From Candidatus Bathyarchaeota archaeon (GTDB lineage Archaea > Thermoproteota > Bathyarchaeia > Bathyarchaeales > Bathycorpusculaceae), in NCBI GenBank assembly GCA_963775465.1, contig CAVZIW010000001.1:96001-160000 (forward strand): DNA of 64,000 nt, given 5' to 3'. The position numbers and the translations under genes are program-made. Below the pieces are notes generated by a model. The model was not told where the DNA came from and ran no database searches. It was given only the letters and a program-made list of their open reading frames with translations. Of this stretch, positions 58,663-64,000 are shown in pieces (position 1 is the first letter of the stretch; each line of letters starts with the position of its first letter).

Positions 58663-59913
58663 ATGGTTGCAACAGACGAAGTCTTATCTCTGCTAGTTGA
58701 ATTCATCAACAAAAACTCTAAAGCGGCTGATGTACAATGGGACAGACGTATGAGTCCAAGACTACTTTTTAACCCCTATTCAGAAAAATATGAAGAGCGC
58801 AAAATTATAGCTCACTACTTTATGCTCGCTGCATCCATCCTTGATGATACCATTGTGGGATACCCGGAAAATGCAAGAATGCTAATGGTTTATTTGCATG
58901 AAGCGTTCGGAAATAGCCTGTTTGATATTAAAAAAGCTCACCTTTTCGAAGAAGAAATCATAAAGGCTAATTTTTATCGCGATTTAGGGCCAAATAAAAA
59001 AGCTGCTTCAGAAAACTTAACCCAAGTTAACCTTTTTGTTCGGTCTAAAGCGGAGCGAAATCTCTTAAAATACGCGCAAATATTCTCCAAACCAAAAGAC
59101 TTCGTTAATGATATCGCACTAAACGTTCCAGCGCTTGGTGGTCCCCATATTGATAGATCTTGGATTTACATGCGGTGGATGGTGCGTCCTCAACCTGATT
59201 TGCAAATTTACGACCACATGTTGCCTGAAAATCTTTCCGTTCCTTTGACTAAAGAGAATGCGAATGTTGCTGCTAGTTTAGGGATAATCAATTCGGCTTC
59301 CCCTTCTTTATGGAGAGATGAACAAACAACTTCAGTAGCAAGGCAAAAAATAACTGACTTTGCAAAACGTCTATTTCCGCAAGACCCCGCTAAAGTCGAT
59401 TATCCTTTCTTCTTGTTAGGCAAATGGCTTAAACAAAAAACTCTAAACCGCTATACCTTGAAGACTGCATTGGATTTTTTGGAGCGTATGCAAAAAATCA
59501 CTGGGCAACCCCAAGAATACTATCAGAAGATGAGTCGCTATAAGAGCGGTTGGGAGAAGAAAACTGCATTAACTCTTTTGCGAATGCATATTCCTTATGG
59601 CTATGAAACTATCAGTTTTCCGTTACCAAATGAGGTGTACACCCCCGATTTTATTTTAGAGAAAAACGTTCATGGTAGAAAAATAATCCTTGAACCCCAC
59701 TTTGAAATGACCAAGAAACAAGCGAGGAAATATGCGTTGTTTAAGCGAACTTACGGTCACAAATTTCTACTAATCTTATTATTAAAGAATGATTTAATAC
59801 CGTTATATCACCAACGTAAAATCTTAACCGACGATGTTTGCGATGACGTTTGGCCAATAGAGTTTATCCATCTTTTGGTTGAAAAAATTAGGCGAGGGAC
59901 CTATGGGCAATAG
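58663..59913 (+). CDS. DUF2400 (TIGR02757)-like domain fused to an endonuclease-I-like PD-(D/E)XK domain
   Basis: YMRWMVRP.PDL, L.VPL and DPAKVDYPFF; C-terminal YKSGWE...YE...YTPDFIL...IILEPH. Likely ATG at 58663. Confidence 0.65.
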   Translation: MVATDEVLSLLVEFINKNSKAADVQWDRRMSPRLLFNPYSEKYEERKIIAHYFMLAASILDDTIVGYPENARMLMVYLHEAFGNSLFDIKKAHLFEEEIIKANFYRDLGPNKKAASENLTQVNLFVRSKAERNLLKYAQIFSKPKDFVNDIALNVPALGGPHIDRSWIYMRWMVRPQPDLQIYDHMLPENLSVPLTKENANVAASLGIINSASPSLWRDEQTTSVARQKITDFAKRLFPQDPAKVDYPFFLLGKWLKQKTLNRYTLKTALDFLERMQKITGQPQEYYQKMSRYKSGWEKKTALTLLRMHIPYGYETISFPLPNEVYTPDFILEKNVHGRKIILEPHFEMTKKQARKYALFKRTYGHKFLLILLLKNDLIPLYHQRKILTDDVCDDVWPIEFIHLLVEKIRRGTYGQ

Positions 59914-60322
59914 AAAGGAACCTGTTAAGAAGCAACCGCATATAACAGCGACTTTGAACTGTGAAGATGACTTTAAACCATTAGCTGTTTGGCTTATTTT
60001 AAACGGTAAAACAGAAAGTGCTCTTGAGCTTTTAGCAAAAACCTATCGGGTAAACGTACCAAACCTAAGAGTTGGTCTACCAAAAAAGCATAAAACTAAA
60101 GCCTACGGAACATATACAGCTAAAGACCAAACCATTTCTGTGCTTAATAGCGATGTTTTTGTTAATCCATTTGTTGTTATACATGAATTTTATCATCATC
60201 TTCGGAGCAAAGGTGTAGATAGAATTCACCGAGGAACTGAGGGAAATGCTGACAAATTTGCCATTGACTTTCTTGTTGCATTCCAGTTAACCTCTTTAAA
60301 GACTAAAGATTACATTCAATAA
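59903..60322 (+). CDS. Small HEXXH zincin (ImmA/IrrE-like) protein
   Basis: YGTY...I.V...VIHEFYHH...TEGNADKFA; 11-nt overlap with the upstream gene. Confidence 0.7.
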   Translation: MGNRKEPVKKQPHITATLNCEDDFKPLAVWLILNGKTESALELLAKTYRVNVPNLRVGLPKKHKTKAYGTYTAKDQTISVLNSDVFVNPFVVIHEFYHHLRSKGVDRIHRGTEGNADKFAIDFLVAFQLTSLKTKDYIQ

Positions 60323-60735
60323 AACTCATCATCATTGCACTCCAAAGCAGCAGTTATTTCTATGGGCACACTGTTCCCATTTGAATCATAAGCGACTATG
60401 CAACTTTTTCCTTCATACGGATAACCAACAATCATGAGTATTCGCCCAAAAAAATAGTTTAAATCAGTGTCACTTGGCGAAATATTTCCAGAAGGATGCG
60501 AATGCACCGTGCCAACAAGTGAGAAATCTCCTGCAAACATGTACGGGTTAAAATGGGCAAAGCCTTCACCGTGCACAGCAAAGGGTGCTAAAACCAAATC
60601 AGTAACACTAATGACGTCTCTGCTTTTCTTCCCTCTTAACAGCAGAAAACTTTCTCGTGGGTAGAGTTCTTTGGCGCCAGCATATATGGCATCTAGTATG
60701 TTGCTTGGAATATGCACAATTATTGATTTGGCCAT
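60316..60735 (-). CDS. JAMM/MPN+ (Mov34) metalloprotease
   Basis: YPRE and the JAMM motif GTVHSHPSGNISPSDTD. Confidence 0.9.
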   Translation of the reverse strand: MAKSIIVHIPSNILDAIYAGAKELYPRESFLLLRGKKSRDVISVTDLVLAPFAVHGEGFAHFNPYMFAGDFSLVGTVHSHPSGNISPSDTDLNYFFGRILMIVGYPYEGKSCIVAYDSNGNSVPIEITAALECNDDEFY

Positions 60736-60842
60736 GCAAACAACGGTTACTTGCGTGGGTTAAGTACTTTTGCCCAATAGCTAGCTCAACAAAGACTCGG
60801 TAAACATTTAAGACACAATGAGCTAAACTGTTGATTCGAAGT

Positions 60843-60927
60843 GCCGGGATGGCAGAGTGGTTAACGCGCGGGCCTTGAGAGCCCGTGGACCTTCCGGTCC
60901 GCATGGGTTCGAATCCCATTCCCGGCG
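60843..60927 (+). tRNA. tRNA-Ser(TGA)
   Basis: Acceptor GCCGGGA/TCCCGGC with G discriminator; anticodon arm CGGGC-CTTGAGA-GCCCG; long variable arm GGACC-TTCC-GGTCC; T arm ATGGG-TTCGAAT-CCCAT. Confidence 0.96.
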
Positions 60928-60943
60928 CTCTTCGAAAATTCCT

Positions 60944-63070
60944 TTAAACTTCGAGATAGCTGAGCATTTTTTCAACGTCGTTTGTTGGAGGCATGCATGT
61001 TTGGGCTATACAAACATAAGCTGTTGTTTTTCCATCGATTTTCTCATATCTCATTCCTGGAATTTGCGAAATTGTTGATTCGGGGTTTACAACCTTTACG
61101 GTTAAGTTAGGCAAATAATTTTTTCTTATGGCATTCAGCATTTCAATCGTGTCTTGATTTGATGGTTTCCCAACCAAAACAATGTTAAGACTCGGGCCAA
61201 GATCAAAATCAAATCCTGAAAGCATGAAAGTGTGCCCTAGAGGACTATTTTTTGTTTCTTCAGAGAAGGTCTCCAAAGTTTTTCTTCCATAATCGGCAAA
61301 GGATAGTTCTCCGCTCAAAATGGACAACCGCAGGAGGTTCAGTGCCGCGACCGCATTTCCTGAAGGCACAGCTCCATCATAAGTTTGTTTTATTCTTGGC
61401 ACAGCTGGATCTGAACCCTTTTTGCTAAAGAAGAAACCTAGCGAGTTTTCATCCCAAAACTCAGCAACCATTTTCTTAGTCAAATCCACACTTGCAAAAA
61501 GAAACTTTTCATTAAAACTTGCTTCATACAATTCAATCAAACCGAAAACAAAATAGGCATAGTCATCTAGAAAACCGTCAACCGCTTTTTCACCTTTTGC
61601 AAAACGATGATACAACATACCTTCGTTTGTTAACATTTCTTTCAGAATAAAGTCAGCTGTTTTTTTCGCTGCCTGAAGGTACTTTGGCTCCCCTAAAACT
61701 TGACTTGCCCGTGCTAACGCTGCAATCATTAGTCCATTCCAGTCAACAAGCACCTTATAGTCTATAGCTGGGTGAACACGTTTCTTTCTCGCATTAAACA
61801 AATTGCTTATAATTCTATTAAGGATCCCTATGAGCTCATTAATGGTTAAGTTGGATTCTGCGGCTAACTGGTCTAAAGGCTTTGAGAAGTGGAGAATATT
61901 CTTACCATTTCTGCCTGTAGGCGGTTCATAGTAATTGCCTTCTTTCTTGATATCGAAAAAATTAATAGCGAAATCTGTGTTTGGCAAAGGTACAGCTCGT
62001 TTAATTTCATCTTGGGTCCAAAGATAGAATTTGCCTTCTACGTTTTCACTATCCGCATCTTGCGCTGAATAGAAACCTCCTTCTGTTGCAGATAAATCTC
62101 TTAACACATAATCTAAGGTTTCTTTAGCGGTTATTTTAAATTTGGCCTGACCAGATGCTTGATAGGCTTCTATGTAAGCCAAGGTCAATAAAGCTTGATC
62201 GTAGAGCATTTTTTCGAAATGTGGAACTAACCACTGTGCATCAGTTGAGTAACGATGAAAGCCAAATCCGATTTGGTCGAAGATTCCACCTAGTCGCATT
62301 TCCCGAAGTGTCTTTTCCACCATACTCCACGCTGTTTTTTCTTTTGTTCTTTTGTGGTATCTTAATAAGAAAAGCAGGTTGTGGGGCGAAGGAAATTTGG
62401 GTGCCCGTCCAAATCCACCGTTTTCTTGGTCAAACCGCAAGAATAACTGTTCGTAAGCGTTGTCAAGGTCAGCTTTGCCCAGTGCATTTCCAATATTTTC
62501 TCCCTTGGAAGGTTCTATTTGTTGTTTAAGCTCTTTGCCGATGTTTTCCATTTCTAATTGTCTGGTTTTCCAGATTTGACTTATTTGAGGTATAAGACTC
62601 AGCATTCCAACCACTCCGTAACGGTTTTCTTTTGGAATGTAACTGCCGACGAAAAACGGGTTCTTATCGGGAGTCATTATAACGTTTAAAGGCCAACCAC
62701 AATTTCTTCCCATTGATTGACAAACCGCCATATACGCAGCGTCAAGATCAGGACGTTCTTCTCGATCAACTTTTATGCACACAAAAGCTTGGTTCATAAG
62801 TTGTGCCACGCCTTCATCTTCGAAGGATTCTTTTTCCATAACATGGCACCAGTGACAAGTTGAATATCCTATAGAGACAAAAACGGGTTTATTTTCAGAT
62901 TTTGCTTTTTCAAAAGCATCATTTCCCCAAGGATACCATTCAACGGGGTTATATGCATGTTGAAGCAGGTAGGGACTTTTTTGGCTTATCAACTTATTTG
63001 GCTTTCTTTCTTGCCCAGAATTGGTTTGCATAGAAACGCTCTCTTCCATAACAATTGTTACGTCTACCAC
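60944..63070 (-). CDS. YyaL/SSP411-family thioredoxin-domain protein (DUF255)
   Basis: [36 protein letters not shown] and [11 protein letters not shown]. The true start may be ATG 63031. Confidence 0.93.
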   Translation of the reverse strand: MVDVTIVMEESVSMQTNSGQERKPNKLISQKSPYLLQHAYNPVEWYPWGNDAFEKAKSENKPVFVSIGYSTCHWCHVMEKESFEDEGVAQLMNQAFVCIKVDREERPDLDAAYMAVCQSMGRNCGWPLNVIMTPDKNPFFVGSYIPKENRYGVVGMLSLIPQISQIWKTRQLEMENIGKELKQQIEPSKGENIGNALGKADLDNAYEQLFLRFDQENGGFGRAPKFPSPHNLLFLLRYHKRTKEKTAWSMVEKTLREMRLGGIFDQIGFGFHRYSTDAQWLVPHFEKMLYDQALLTLAYIEAYQASGQAKFKITAKETLDYVLRDLSATEGGFYSAQDADSENVEGKFYLWTQDEIKRAVPLPNTDFAINFFDIKKEGNYYEPPTGRNGKNILHFSKPLDQLAAESNLTINELIGILNRIISNLFNARKKRVHPAIDYKVLVDWNGLMIAALARASQVLGEPKYLQAAKKTADFILKEMLTNEGMLYHRFAKGEKAVDGFLDDYAYFVFGLIELYEASFNEKFLFASVDLTKKMVAEFWDENSLGFFFSKKGSDPAVPRIKQTYDGAVPSGNAVAALNLLRLSILSGELSFADYGRKTLETFSEETKNSPLGHTFMLSGFDFDLGPSLNIVLVGKPSNQDTIEMLNAIRKNYLPNLTVKVVNPESTISQIPGMRYEKIDGKTTAYVCIAQTCMPPTNDVEKMLSYLEV

Positions 63071-63093
63071 TTATTCGTTACGAAGAAAAAAGA

Positions 63094-63741
63094 TTAGAAG
63101 TAGTATGTAGCAGTTGCATTTACAGCATTACTGTCTTGCCCGTCTAGGTTTCCTATTACGAGTAGGACATCGCCTGGAAGTATCGGAAATGCCGCGGTGC
63201 CATTTGCTCCTAAAGTCTGATTGTAGTCAAAGTTATAATTCCCAAAAGTGTACATTACTTGTGCAAAAGTTGAAGTTGAGTTAGCCGTTGCTTCGACAAC
63301 AACTACTCCAGCATAATCCACGGGGTTGTTATACAGTATTGTTGTGGTATTAGCTTCTTGAATAAATGGACCTTCATACATAATTCCCGATGAACGCATT
63401 TGAACTATCTGGAGCAAACTGGAGTATGCTTCGCTAACGCTTGTGTAACTAGCATTTGCGTCATCTAATTGTTGATTTAGATTAGCTAATTGTTGATTTA
63501 GATATGCGATTTGTTCAACATAGGTGGAAGTGGCATTTGGCACTTGCGACAATTGAAGTTGCAAAGCTGAAATGTTATCATTCAATGACGCGATTGTAGA
63601 GTCTTTGTCTGAAAGTTGAGCTTGATTGCTTAAATAAACTGCAGAAACTCCGACTAAGCTGACGGCTAAAATAATACAAATTACTATTACTGCGAGGAAT
63701 TTTATGCTTCTTTTTTTCTGAACTGGTGTTTCTTGACTCAT
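63094..63741 (-). CDS. Membrane-anchored coiled-coil protein
   Basis: N-terminal TM, Q/N/L heptads and a beta-rich C-terminus. Confidence 0.7.
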   Translation of the reverse strand: MSQETPVQKKRSIKFLAVIVICIILAVSLVGVSAVYLSNQAQLSDKDSTIASLNDNISALQLQLSQVPNATSTYVEQIAYLNQQLANLNQQLDDANASYTSVSEAYSSLLQIVQMRSSGIMYEGPFIQEANTTTILYNNPVDYAGVVVVEATANSTSTFAQVMYTFGNYNFDYNQTLGANGTAAFPILPGDVLLVIGNLDGQDSNAVNATATYYF

Positions 63742-63842
63742 AGGTTTCATCTGCTTTGTGCATGCATAGCTATGAATCTGTATAAATAATTTTTTCCATA
63801 TTGCACCCAATCAGATTCCTAAAAGGAGGGACAAATCCTGAG

Positions 63843-64000
63843 TTAATATTTTATGCTCAGGTAAAACAGCGCCAATAACCCTACCATCTCAAAGACATCA
63901 GGTAAGAACGCAAAAGGTCCTAAGCCGAATAAGAAGAATCCGATGCCTCCGATAATCAGGGGACTCCATGTAATGTCTTTAATAAGAAAGAACGATGCGA
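63843..64000 (-). CDS. C-terminal end of a membrane protein, truncated by the window edge
   Basis: Open hydrophobic frame ...WSPLIIGGIGFFLFGLGPFAFLPDVFEMVGLLALFYLSIKY*. Confidence 0.55.
   Translation of the reverse strand, partial: ASFFLIKDITWSPLIIGGIGFFLFGLGPFAFLPDVFEMVGLLALFYLSIKY

Noticed and set aside
60843-60927. Possible selenocysteine or suppressor tRNA
   Set aside because: The anticodon is TGA (reads UCA, Ser), not TCA, and the acceptor stem is a normal 7 bp.
58227-60927. tRNA-anchored integrated element between the two tRNAs
   Set aside because: No integrase nearby and no duplicated tRNA 3' end seen; both tRNA 3' ends point away from the interval.
60608-61078. ORFs 60608-60919 and 60857-61078
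   Set aside because: They are translations of tRNA-Ser and neighbouring genes.
1-64000. CRISPR array or cas genes
   Set aside because: No regularly spaced 25-40 nt repeats and no Cas-like ORFs seen.

Overview
Archaeal chromosomal window. TBP, pelota, TiaS, archaeal-type AlaRS, archaeal RNase P RNA and TATA promoters are present; gene content and style suggest Bathyarchaeia, which is an inference. Housekeeping blocks (nuoN-like end, proBA, hppA, pelota, tbp, NcsA/TtuA, AK6, pyrG, tiaS, alaS, glgP, tRNA-Val, tRNA-Ser) flank two accessory regions (about 16.4-34.5 kb and 44.5-54.7 kb). The main discovery is an ~8.6 kb integrated element inserted not in a tRNA but in the 3' end of the RNase P RNA gene (rnpB, 16090-16402). 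The last 29 nt of the rnpB P4/P1 3' strands are repeated at 24931-24959. The tyrosine-integrase reading frame runs through this att sequence, and a short promoter-led int(N) piece sits at the far end, as in SSV-type split integrases. The element carries a Zn-finger HUH rolling-circle Rep, a wHTH regulator and cargo genes. A decayed, collinear sister element follows in tandem, so rnpB appears to be a repeatedly used integration site. Other notable items are a DUF2400-like/endonuclease-I-like fusion gene coupled to a HEXXH protein, a half-TFB gene inside a two-component cluster, and many single-base frameshifts confined to accessory genes.
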